From UHGV virus genome UHGV-0332176: 64,000 nucleotides of DNA; one strand, written 5' to 3'. Shown piece by piece: positions 55,932 to 64,000 of this stretch. The notes under the pieces were generated by a model that searched no databases, was not told the origin of the DNA, and worked only from the letters and a program-made list of their open reading frames with translations. The position numbers and the translations under genes were made by a program. Numbering within the stretch: position 1 is the first letter of the stretch; each line of letters starts with the position of its first letter. The DNA comes from a virus.

Positions 55932-58890
55932 AATCATTTATACCCCATTTGATATTATCAAGATTTCCATATAATTGTTTTAAGAACCATCCAAATTTTT
56001 CTTTTGTTATTCTAACAGCATCTTCAAAATCTTCATCAGGTGAAATATATATCCATATTAAAACTTCATTATTATCACATAGTGTCCCTGCTATATCACC
56101 ATCAACGTCAAAATCATTATTAATAACACCGTGGACAGCTTCATCAGCATCCCAAATAAATAATGTTTTATTAAATGAATTGTAAAAAAATCTAAATGCA
56201 CCATATGCTGTTTTTGAAAAAGAATTTTTTATCCATTCAGCAGAAGGATTTTTCCAAATAGTTAAATATTTATTTTCTTCTGTCCAATCATCATAAAAAT
56301 CACCTTTATAAAAAATTGATTCGTTAATTTGTTTATCTTTATATATGTTATAAAGTTTTAATCCTGATTCTTTTGGCAATTCATTATATAATGAAAATTG
56401 ACCAACTTTAAATTCTGTATTTCCATCTTGTGAAACAATAAACCATTCTTTTCTTAAAGTTTTAATATCTGGTAAAATATATCTATCTTTATTATAAAGA
56501 ATAGCAACAGGTATATCTACATTAGGTTCTTTCCTTTTAACAGAAGCAACTCTATGTCTTCCTTCGTGATTTGTTACAATAAGTTTTTTATTTTTTTCAT
56601 CAACATCAACTTTTAAAAATGGAATACCATATGGTTTTCTTTCATCAATTTGTTTATCAAACCATTCATCATCGCCATATGAATATTTCGGACAAAGTTT
56701 TAAAAATTGAAATGGATACATAGTAGCAAATAAATTATGACCAATTGTTGCAGGAACATTACCTAATGCATCCATATTATTTTGCCAATTAACATTTCCA
56801 TACCAAGATGATTCATTAATTGAATTGTCCCACATTTTATGTAAAGTTTTATAAATCAAATTTATTTGATGTTTATCAAATTTCCATAATTTATTAATGT
56901 TTTCATCTGCCCATTCAAATGGAGTATTACCATATTTTTTAGACATTGCACACCAATCAGCACACATTTCAATTATTGCATCGTCAGGCATTTTGCCACA
57001 AACATCAGGTATTTGACCATCGTGTGTCCAAGATTTATCCCAAAATTGAGAATGATGAGATGCTTGCTTATAATGTTTATCTTGTGTATTTTTAAATTCT
57101 TTCCATTCATTAGGATTTAATGATTGCTTACCTATCACAAATCCTTTAACATATGGAATAAACATATCAGGTTTTAATTTATCTAAATCGTGATTTGGAT
57201 AATTTTTTCCAACTTTAGATGCATAATAATTAACTAATTGACGATGTTTAGCTAATATTTGTAAAAATTCTTGTTTATCTTCTTCTGATACAATAGTTTG
57301 ATTATATTTTAAATTATTTGATTCATCTAGTAAACCTAAATCGTCATCGGCATATAATTCTTCCCATTTTTCTTTTGGAATAGTATTTGTAGAATTATCT
57401 TTTGAATTATATCCTAATTTATTAAACCAATCACTAAATGTAAAACCCCAAATATCATAATCATTTTTTCTAAACATTACATTAGCAAAACCATCTCTGA
57501 ATTTTTTATCAACTGGATAAATGTATCTTCTAAAAATATCATCGTGAGTTCCGTAATATGCATCCCAAACATAAATATCATCATTAAAATGAGGACCAAC
57601 AATTGCTCTTAATTGTTTATTCTTGGAATTTTTTAATAAATCATTAAATTCTTTTTTAGTAGGATTTTTTAAAATAGTGAAAAAAACGTCATCACCTTGT
57701 ACATCTTTCCATTGAGTAGCATAAAAAAGACTTTCTTCTAAAAATCCATTATTTTTTAAATATTGAGGAATTAAAGTATTATAATAATTAAAAGTTTTTT
57801 TAAAATCTGATATTGCATCAAATTTATTACATTCATAAATTTTACGATAAATTTTATTTTGTGTATATATGACTATTTCAGATGATTCATTGATATTATT
57901 TTGTTGATTTGTATGAGCAATATCTTCTTTTTTGAAAAAACGCTCATCATAAATAGGATGTTTTATATCTAAATCAAAAATATCAATATTTAATATTAAT
58001 GATGAAATAATATCAGTATCACCAGTTTCGCTTTCCACTCTACAATATTGGTCTCCATCTTTATCTACATTGACAGCTTTAACAATCCATTTAATATTAT
58101 TTTCATCTATATATGCCATACCTGGTTCAAATTCAATATAATCATTATCAAACATTACACCAGTATTACCAAATTCAGATTTTCTTTTAACATATCCTTC
58201 ATCTAAATTTCTTGGTTGTTTTTTTATTAAATGAATAAGTTTATTATCTAAAATTGCAACATTATTTGTTCCGCCTTCAGTTAATAAAACTGAATTAAAA
58301 CTTTTTTTAATAATATCTAAATATTGTTCTGTAATTTCCCAATTATCAAGAAAATTAATATCATCATTTTTAAAATCCATCCAAGAATTATAATAATGAA
58401 TATTATACATATCATCATAATATTTAATTTTACCAACTTTTGATTCAAGCCATTCATAATGTGACTTGCTTGATAAATCAAAACAGTTGGATAAATCTAA
58501 TTGGGCAATATAAACCCATTTTCCATATTGTTCAGCAAAATTAATATCTGAAGACCAAAAACTTGGTGTTTTAAATTTATTAATATTATTGACGGGTGAA
58601 CCGTGATAATATACGTTAGAATATGCTGTTTCAAATATTGGTCTGGCAATTATTTTTACATAATCATTTTCAAATACTAATGAATTTTTAACATTTTCAT
58701 TAAGATTTTTAAAAGATTCTGATAAATTTTGAGGTTTATTAAATTGAATTTTTTGACAATTTTTTTTAATATCATCAAAAGAAAACCAATTTAATATGTT
58801 ATTATTATTTAATAATATATTATTATTTTTAATACATTCTACAATAAAAATTTGATGACCAAAACGTATTTTGTTTCCGACTTTTAACAT
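55930..58890 (-). CDS. large ART-like paralog family protein (986 aa), likely late-expressed virion/injected protein
   Basis: YYHGSPVNN...PSFWSSDINFAEQYG...KKSFNSVLL block. NPTKKEFND motif shared with ORF 5013. A TATAAATA late-promoter motif lies upstream. Confidence 0.6.
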   Translation of the reverse strand: MLKVGNKIRFGHQIFIVECIKNNNILLNNNNILNWFSFDDIKKNCQKIQFNKPQNLSESFKNLNENVKNSLVFENDYVKIIARPIFETAYSNVYYHGSPVNNINKFKTPSFWSSDINFAEQYGKWVYIAQLDLSNCFDLSSKSHYEWLESKVGKIKYYDDMYNIHYYNSWMDFKNDDINFLDNWEITEQYLDIIKKSFNSVLLTEGGTNNVAILDNKLIHLIKKQPRNLDEGYVKRKSEFGNTGVMFDNDYIEFEPGMAYIDENNIKWIVKAVNVDKDGDQYCRVESETGDTDIISSLILNIDIFDLDIKHPIYDERFFKKEDIAHTNQQNNINESSEIVIYTQNKIYRKIYECNKFDAISDFKKTFNYYNTLIPQYLKNNGFLEESLFYATQWKDVQGDDVFFTILKNPTKKEFNDLLKNSKNKQLRAIVGPHFNDDIYVWDAYYGTHDDIFRRYIYPVDKKFRDGFANVMFRKNDYDIWGFTFSDWFNKLGYNSKDNSTNTIPKEKWEELYADDDLGLLDESNNLKYNQTIVSEEDKQEFLQILAKHRQLVNYYASKVGKNYPNHDLDKLKPDMFIPYVKGFVIGKQSLNPNEWKEFKNTQDKHYKQASHHSQFWDKSWTHDGQIPDVCGKMPDDAIIEMCADWCAMSKKYGNTPFEWADENINKLWKFDKHQINLIYKTLHKMWDNSINESSWYGNVNWQNNMDALGNVPATIGHNLFATMYPFQFLKLCPKYSYGDDEWFDKQIDERKPYGIPFLKVDVDEKNKKLIVTNHEGRHRVASVKRKEPNVDIPVAILYNKDRYILPDIKTLRKEWFIVSQDGNTEFKVGQFSLYNELPKESGLKLYNIYKDKQINESIFYKGDFYDDWTEENKYLTIWKNPSAEWIKNSFSKTAYGAFRFFYNSFNKTLFIWDADEAVHGVINNDFDVDGDIAGTLCDNNEVLIWIYISPDEDFEDAVRITKEKFGWFLKQLYGNLDNIKWGIND

Positions 58891-58895
58891 ATTTC

Positions 58896-58924
58896 TTGAC
58901 TTTTCCTAAAAATTATTATATAAA
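58896..58924 (+). promoter_or_regulatory. sigma70-like promoter TTGACT-17-TATAAA
   Basis: ttcTTGACTtttcctaaaaattattaTATAAA, upstream of the gene at 58954. Confidence 0.45.
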
Positions 58925-58925
58925 G

Positions 58926-58933
58926 TATTTATA
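58926..58933 (-). promoter_or_regulatory. T4-type late promoter motif TATAAATA on the minus strand
   Basis: The reverse complement reads TATAAATA, 39 nt upstream of the 986-aa gene's start, with an AGGAAAAG RBS between them. Confidence 0.4.
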
Positions 58934-58953
58934 GATTAAATTTAGGAGAAATA

Positions 58954-59160
58954 ATGACATTAAAAGAAATTATGGAAAAATCAAAACAAGATAATCGTGG
59001 TTATATAAAGAGAAAATCTTCTTTGGAAAAAAATGATTATTTTTGTTTAGATAGTCATTTATCGGCAGTTGATAATAATGGATATTTAAAAGTATTTACA
59101 AATGAAGAATTGATAGCAACAGATTGGGAAATACTTGATTGGGAAACTTTAAATGCTTAA
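58954..59160 (+). CDS. hypothetical small protein
   Basis: ORF with an AGGAGAAATAATG RBS. Confidence 0.45.
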   Translation: MTLKEIMEKSKQDNRGYIKRKSSLEKNDYFCLDSHLSAVDNNGYLKVFTNEELIATDWEILDWETLNA

Positions 59161-59731
59161 ATGTAAATTTTGTAATAAAGAATTTAAAACAACTTCTGGT
59201 TATGAACGACATATGTGTGAAAAGAAAAATAGATATGTAAATTTTAATCATACAGCATTTTCGTATTATAATGATTTTTTAATATGGTCACATACTAAAA
59301 AAAGTAAAAATCCTGAAGAACAAAAAATGGGGTTTATTAAATCTTCTTTTTATAAAGATTTCGTGAATTTATCTGATTGGTTATCAGAAATAAATGCTTT
59401 TTCTCCTCATTTATATATTCAATGGGTAGTAAAAAATAATGTTTCAATTAAAGATTGGATAAAAAGTCGGACTTATCATAGTTTTTTATTTGAATATTTA
59501 AAGTTAGAAAATGATGATGAAGCTATTTTTCGTAGTCAACAATTTTTAGATAATAAAAATGAAACTCTTGAAACTATTGCACCATATGATTTATATATGG
59601 CATTATATTATGGACATATTAGTTTTAAATATATTAAAAAAAAGAATTTTGATTATAAAAATAAAATTGATATTGTTGTAACAAAAGAAGAATTAAATCA
59701 GCTTGAATTTTTTTTGGAGAGTTTATTATAA
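59153..59731 (+). CDS. hypothetical protein with an N-terminal C2H2-like zinc finger
   Basis: CKFCNKEFKTTSGYERHMC has a C-x2-C-x12-H-x-C arrangement. Confidence 0.45.
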   Translation: MLKCKFCNKEFKTTSGYERHMCEKKNRYVNFNHTAFSYYNDFLIWSHTKKSKNPEEQKMGFIKSSFYKDFVNLSDWLSEINAFSPHLYIQWVVKNNVSIKDWIKSRTYHSFLFEYLKLENDDEAIFRSQQFLDNKNETLETIAPYDLYMALYYGHISFKYIKKKNFDYKNKIDIVVTKEELNQLEFFLESLL

Positions 59732-59961
59732 TGTATGCTTTATTAAGTTTTATAATTTCAATGACATTATATGTATTAATATCTTATCCAGTAATGGCAT
59801 TTTTAATATTAGATATAAGTCCAGAAGATTTTTGTGCTTGGTTTGCATTTAATAATGAAAATCTAGCAAAAATATATTTTTATTTTTCTCCAATTACTTT
59901 ACCAATTTTATTTTTATATTTAGTTTATAAAGGAATATTAGATATAAAATGGAAGAAATAA
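59731..59961 (+). CDS. small membrane protein
   Basis: Two hydrophobic segments, LSFIISMTLYVLISYPVMAFLIL and FSPITLPILFLYLVY. Confidence 0.45.
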   Translation: MYALLSFIISMTLYVLISYPVMAFLILDISPEDFCAWFAFNNENLAKIYFYFSPITLPILFLYLVYKGILDIKWKK

Positions 59962-60548
59962 AAAAATATAATCTCCCTGACCTTGATATTGATATGGGTC
60001 AAACAACACGTGATGCAATTTTAAATAAATTGCATCACATTCCTGCATCTAAAATAAATGATAAAGGAATTAATCCGCACGGAGTGGGAATTTATTTTTG
60101 TAATATACCATATGATAGATTAACAGGTTTAGCTTCAATAGATTATAAGCACGCTGAAGAAGATTTAGGATATATTAAATTAGATTTTCTTCATAATACT
60201 GTTTATGATAAATTTACTTCTCGTCAACAAATTTTAAATATTATTAATAATGAACCAAATTGGAATTTATTATATAAAAAAGAAATTGTTGAACAATTAC
60301 CGCATATTAATAATTATTTTACTTTATTAAATCAATTACCGAAAATTAATTCTATTGAAAAATTAGCAATGTTTATTGCTATCATTAGACCTGCAAAAAA
60401 ATATTTAATTGATGAAGTTATTAAAAATGATTGGGAATCTATTAATGATAGAATATGGTTAAAAGAAGATTCAGGATATATGTATAAAAAATCACACGCT
60501 ATTGCATATGCGTTATCAATTATTGTTGCTCTTGGTCAAATTAATTAA
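59949..60548 (+). CDS. hypothetical protein
   Basis: ORF. Confidence 0.5.
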   Translation: MEEIKKYNLPDLDIDMGQTTRDAILNKLHHIPASKINDKGINPHGVGIYFCNIPYDRLTGLASIDYKHAEEDLGYIKLDFLHNTVYDKFTSRQQILNIINNEPNWNLLYKKEIVEQLPHINNYFTLLNQLPKINSIEKLAMFIAIIRPAKKYLIDEVIKNDWESINDRIWLKEDSGYMYKKSHAIAYALSIIVALGQIN

Positions 60549-60973
60549 TATCCGCTTGCATACCAAAATGAACCATTTGAAGTATCACCTGCTTTACTTC
60601 CTGATGAAAAATAAGTAAAATTATTTTTAGTTCTTGAATCCCATTTAATCCATCCATATATCCAACTACCAGAAGAATTATAAACTGTTATAACTGGAAT
60701 ATAACTTGTAGTGTTAAATGGAGTTAAAAAATTAATTGTTCCTTCACCAGCATTATTTAAATTAATAATAATATTTCCACCTTGTTCAATAAATCCATCA
60801 TTCCATTTACGATACCATCTATTGCCATCGGTTGAAGCATCAACAACATATTTCATTGAATTAATTTTTGAATCAATATTATTTAATAAATTTGTAAAAT
60901 TTAATGTTATTTCATTAAATTTATCAATTAATCCATTGATTCTTTCCATATCTATTTTACTTATATCAGCCAT
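60545..60973 (-). CDS. hypothetical protein, possible fibre/receptor-binding tip-like
   Basis: The C-terminal half is rich in G/S/N/Y/W (SGSWIYGWIKWDS...GSFWYASGY). It sits in a minus-strand cluster headed by a late-promoter motif. Confidence 0.4.
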   Translation of the reverse strand: MADISKIDMERINGLIDKFNEITLNFTNLLNNIDSKINSMKYVVDASTDGNRWYRKWNDGFIEQGGNIIINLNNAGEGTINFLTPFNTTSYIPVITVYNSSGSWIYGWIKWDSRTKNNFTYFSSGSKAGDTSNGSFWYASGY

Positions 60974-61032
60974 CTATATATCCTTTGTAAGATATTTAAT
61001 AAATATCTTACAAAATAATGTTTTATGCTGAA

Positions 61033-61341
61033 TTATTTTATTTTTGATAAATCAATAAGATTCATAAATTTATTTTTATATTTCCTATCACCATCAGTTA
61101 ATTCTTCATCTGTTTTTGATAAAAATTCATCAAAAACATAAGTTAAATAATTTTTAATTTCTTTTTCGTGGTCAACAATTGGTTTGCTGGAATATCCATC
61201 ATTAATAGATGGAATGCTAAATTCTGAAAATTTGGTTTTTAAATCATTGGCTAAAAAATCATTAATGTAAATTTTTAAAGGTTCTTTAAATTTATAAGTT
61301 TTTCTTTTATAAACAAATTTTTTAATTGGATATACAGCCAT
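61033..61341 (-). CDS. hypothetical protein
   Basis: ORF. Confidence 0.45.
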   Translation of the reverse strand: MAVYPIKKFVYKRKTYKFKEPLKIYINDFLANDLKTKFSEFSIPSINDGYSSKPIVDHEKEIKNYLTYVFDEFLSKTDEELTDGDRKYKNKFMNLIDLSKIK

Positions 61342-61349
61342 TATTCACC

Positions 61350-61694
61350 TCAATCTAAATGTATTATCTTTCTTTTTATACGCTTTTCTGAAAGATTTTT
61401 CAATTTGATTCCTTCAAATCCAGATGTTATAATATAATCATTATTAGAGAGGTGTTGTTTGCAATATTCAAATTGTTCAAAAATATTTTGATAATAAAGA
61501 GAAATAGGAATGTTAGAAGAATTTTTCCACCAGTTATCAGCTAATCTAAAAAATTTTTCAATGTCCATTGGTTTAAGTTCTTGAAGATTATAAAAAGAAA
61601 TATAGTTTTTAGAAACAGATTGAATTAAACATATTGTTTTTGTTTCAAATTTTTTATTATATATTTCAGTTAAATATGGATATTTTTCTAACAT
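61350..61694 (-). CDS. hypothetical protein (first gene of the minus-strand late cluster)
   Basis: ORF with an AAGGAGAAAAA RBS. Follows TATAAATA on the minus strand. Confidence 0.5.
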   Translation of the reverse strand: MLEKYPYLTEIYNKKFETKTICLIQSVSKNYISFYNLQELKPMDIEKFFRLADNWWKNSSNIPISLYYQNIFEQFEYCKQHLSNNDYIITSGFEGIKLKNLSEKRIKRKIIHLD

Positions 61695-61715
61695 TTTTTC
61701 TCCTTAATATGAAAA

Positions 61716-61723
61716 TATTTATA
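61716..61723 (-). promoter_or_regulatory. T4-type late promoter motif TATAAATA on the minus strand
   Basis: The reverse complement reads gggTTATAAATAttttcatattAAGGAGaaaaaATG, ending 21 nt upstream of the start at 61694. Confidence 0.45.
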
Positions 61724-61772
61724 ACCCAAAATCAAGGATTTCGTAATAGAAAAGTTTTTATAAAGGAATTTT

Positions 61773-62399
61773 ATGAATTGGAATATAGACAGAAATAAAA
61801 ATAAAATAATGATAGATTATTCATTATATTTAAAAAATATTAATAAACAAATAATTAGAAGAATTATAATTAAATCTATTAAAAGAATTTGTAATATTTT
61901 TCAAGTATCTATTAATCAAATAATATTTGACAATAATTTTATTATAGTTATAATAAATGAAGATAATGTTCCTGCGTTATTTGAATTTTTATATTCAATT
62001 AAAACAGCTTTAGAATTATATATTATTGAAAAGGAAAATAATATGAAAGATTTATATCAATTTAAATCTATGTCAGATTTAGAAAATGTAATTAATAAAA
62101 TGCGACTTAATTATGGAGATGAAGAAAATTCTTCGTTAACTGATACCTTTATTATTGAAGGAAATTCTGGATTAACTTATGGTTGGTTAAAAAATGTTGC
62201 TAAATATGTTGGTCCAACAAATGTATATATTGTAGAAAGTGATTATAACAATATTATGGAAGGTGATTTAGATTTCATTGATGAATTATATATTGATATA
62301 AAAAATATTGATTGGTTATCTCCGAAAAATTATGTTGATATTACTGCAAGTGAAATATCATTTGATAATAATGGTTTAATGAGATTATGGTGGGATTAA
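61773..62399 (+). CDS. hypothetical protein
   Basis: ORF. Confidence 0.5.
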   Translation: MNWNIDRNKNKIMIDYSLYLKNINKQIIRRIIIKSIKRICNIFQVSINQIIFDNNFIIVIINEDNVPALFEFLYSIKTALELYIIEKENNMKDLYQFKSMSDLENVINKMRLNYGDEENSSLTDTFIIEGNSGLTYGWLKNVAKYVGPTNVYIVESDYNNIMEGDLDFIDELYIDIKNIDWLSPKNYVDITASEISFDNNGLMRLWWD

Positions 62400-62779
62400 T
62401 GTGGTGGCAAATTTTTAAACGGTTTTGGCATTGTGATAAAACTAAATTAAGTATTCAAACTCAATTTAAAGCTGATATGCCTGATACAAAATATACTGCT
62501 GAAATATGTAACACAATAAAATTAGATGATTTATATTTTTCTGTTTATATATCTAAATGTTGGTATACTGATGGATATAGTGTTTATGGATATTCAATTA
62601 AATTTAATGATGAAGAAATTTGTATTTATGGAATAAAATATTTAATTTTATTTTCTTTAATAGAAATAGTTATTAATTATTATAATTGGAAAAAAGAAAT
62701 TATAAAAAAAATTAATCAAAAAAAAGAATATAAAAAAAGATTAAAAGAAATTACAAATAAAATTAAGGAAGGGGAATAA
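62387..62779 (+). CDS. hypothetical protein with a C-terminal TM segment and Lys-rich tail
   Basis: ORF. ILFSLIEIVINYY is followed by KKEIIKKINQKKEYKKRLKE. Confidence 0.45.
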   Translation: MVGLMWWQIFKRFWHCDKTKLSIQTQFKADMPDTKYTAEICNTIKLDDLYFSVYISKCWYTDGYSVYGYSIKFNDEEICIYGIKYLILFSLIEIVINYYNWKKEIIKKINQKKEYKKRLKEITNKIKEGE

Positions 62780-62781
62780 TT

Positions 62782-63174
62782 ATGGTATATTTAGAGGAAT
62801 TGTTGCCCGAGTTCAAAAAAGGGATAAAGATTAGACGGAAACCTTGGCGTGAGGGTAGATATATTAAATTAAAAGGATTGTACGCCAGAGATGAGTACGG
62901 CAACTGCTACTTTTTAGAACCTGATGAGATAGCAGCCGATGATTGGGAATTTTACCAAGAACCTATTGACTGGGACTACATCATCAAGAACAAGTGCTTA
63001 TGCTGGTTTTGGAATAATGATAATGAAGGTATTGGAAACGTTGGAATATTATCAGATGTTTGTCAAGAAATGGAGTATCCTTTTACCAGTTTTTATCAAG
63101 GAAATAAATTTATTTGGAAATTTTGTCGTCCTGTCTACCGAAACGAGGTAATTTTTTATAATAATAAACAATAA
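62782..63174 (+). CDS. DUF2829/Tad2-like small protein, with a GC-rich 5' half
   Basis: KKGIKIRRKPWREGRYIKLKG matches the DUF2829 N-terminal pattern (G-x-K-v-x-R-x-x-W-x-x-x-x-y-I). The first ~250 nt is visibly GC-richer than the surrounding sequence. Confidence 0.5.
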   Translation: MVYLEELLPEFKKGIKIRRKPWREGRYIKLKGLYARDEYGNCYFLEPDEIAADDWEFYQEPIDWDYIIKNKCLCWFWNNDNEGIGNVGILSDVCQEMEYPFTSFYQGNKFIWKFCRPVYRNEVIFYNNKQ

Positions 63175-63202
63175 AGCAATAAAAAGCTATCATTCTTTTT
63201 TA

Positions 63203-63210
63203 TATAAATA
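63203..63210 (+). promoter_or_regulatory. T4-type late promoter motif TATAAATA
   Basis: ttttTATATAAATAttatt ends 28 nt upstream of the start at 63238 (AAGGATGG RBS). Confidence 0.4.
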
Positions 63211-63237
63211 TTATTATTAAATAAGGATGGTAAACGT

Positions 63238-64000
63238 ATGCAAAAAATATATTTGTTTGTAAAAAAAGGATATTATTATAATTTATCATCTGGTCAAACA
63301 GGAGAAACACGTATGTTTAATGTTCCAATGTATAATACAGATTTTAAATTATGGAAAGGTATTGATAATAAAATACAATTTTCTATTCGTGACCACGACC
63401 GTAAAGCATATCCTTTAAGAGATAGAGAAATCTTTTTAAATATTATAAATCCAAAATTAAACACTAAATTAGTTAAAAAATTATGGTGTTTAGATGCATA
63501 TAAAGGTTTATATGAAACGACAATAACGGAAGTTGAATTAAGAGATTTTGAACCAACTGCATATCAAGCATCAGTAATTACTAAAGACCCAGAAGGGTGT
63601 GAAGATATGTTATATACTGGTGTTGATTGGAATCCAATATTTAATATTATTGTTGAAGAAGGATTTAGAGATGTTTTTAAACCATCTATTGAATTAGACC
63701 CTTCAAAATTTTTACATAATTTTTATATCAATAGAGAAGACGGACAACGTTATGACTATTATGTTTCTTCAAGAATTAAAGCTGATGAAACAAATTCTCA
63801 TACAGCATCTATAACTGTTAAGGATTATTTTTTAGGAACAATAACTATGGAAGGTTCAGCTGAAGTTAATCCACAAGAAAATAGTGATATAGATTGGTTT
63901 CCAATAGAAACAAAAGAATATACTGATGAAACAAAAGTTGAAGCTGAAACATTTCAATTTAATAAACAATTAAATTGTATGTGGGTACGTTTTAAATATA
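63238..64000 (+). CDS. hypothetical protein, 3' end outside the window; probably a late/virion gene
   Basis: Open frame from the ATG at 63238 to the window edge with no stop. Preceded by a late-promoter motif and an RBS. Confidence 0.55.
   Translation, partial: MQKIYLFVKKGYYYNLSSGQTGETRMFNVPMYNTDFKLWKGIDNKIQFSIRDHDRKAYPLRDREIFLNIINPKLNTKLVKKLWCLDAYKGLYETTITEVELRDFEPTAYQASVITKDPEGCEDMLYTGVDWNPIFNIIVEEGFRDVFKPSIELDPSKFLHNFYINREDGQRYDYYVSSRIKADETNSHTASITVKDYFLGTITMEGSAEVNPQENSDIDWFPIETKEYTDETKVEAETFQFNKQLNCMWVRFKY

Noticed and set aside
1-64000. CRISPR array, integrase or attachment sites
   Set aside because: I saw no direct-repeat/spacer periodicity and no tyrosine or serine recombinase motifs.

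Overview
This 64-kb window is very AT-rich (about 25-27% GC by eye) and densely packed with short genes. It looks like an accessory and early/late mixed region of a large T4-like myophage; the host cannot be told from sequence alone.

The T4-type markers I recognise are a UvsW-like DExH helicase (partial at the 5' edge), an Mre11/SbcD-like gp47 and Rad50/SbcC-like gp46 recombination nuclease pair, and a Dam methylase that aligns closely with T4 Dam. There is also a gp25-like baseplate wedge protein, a gp5-like baseplate hub carrying a C-terminal M15 peptidase, an RNase H-like protein, and an Rnl2-type RNA ligase.

Many intergenic regions carry sigma70-like early promoters built on tcTTGACAA, stem-loop terminators, and a few TATAAATA late-promoter motifs placed in front of putative structural or virion genes.

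The accessory content is unusual:
- a run of five DNA methyltransferases;
- a GMP reductase inserted between the gp47-like and gp46-like genes;
- a tRNA-repair set: an RNA ligase fused to a tRNA-binding OB domain, a CCA-adding enzyme, and a Pth2-type peptidyl-tRNA hydrolase;
- a proteostasis set: an HslV-like peptidase, a ClpA-like AAA+ ATPase, a J-domain protein and a small heat-shock protein;
- a macro domain protein, a RelA/SpoT-type HD hydrolase, and a DUF2829/Tad2-like gene with anomalous GC content;
- a kinase-like gene interrupted at an A-run;
- a family of at least five paralogous proteins sharing an ART-like motif block (H/R...aromatic-[FW]-[ST]-[ST]) and a conserved acidic linker followed by EVLK-AG-QINE. 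Two of these are driven by late-promoter motifs. They may be Alt/ModA/ModB-like injected ADP-ribosyltransferase analogues.

I could not recognise any tRNA gene, CRISPR array or integrase.

All functional calls come from reading motifs in the supplied translations. No database searches were possible.
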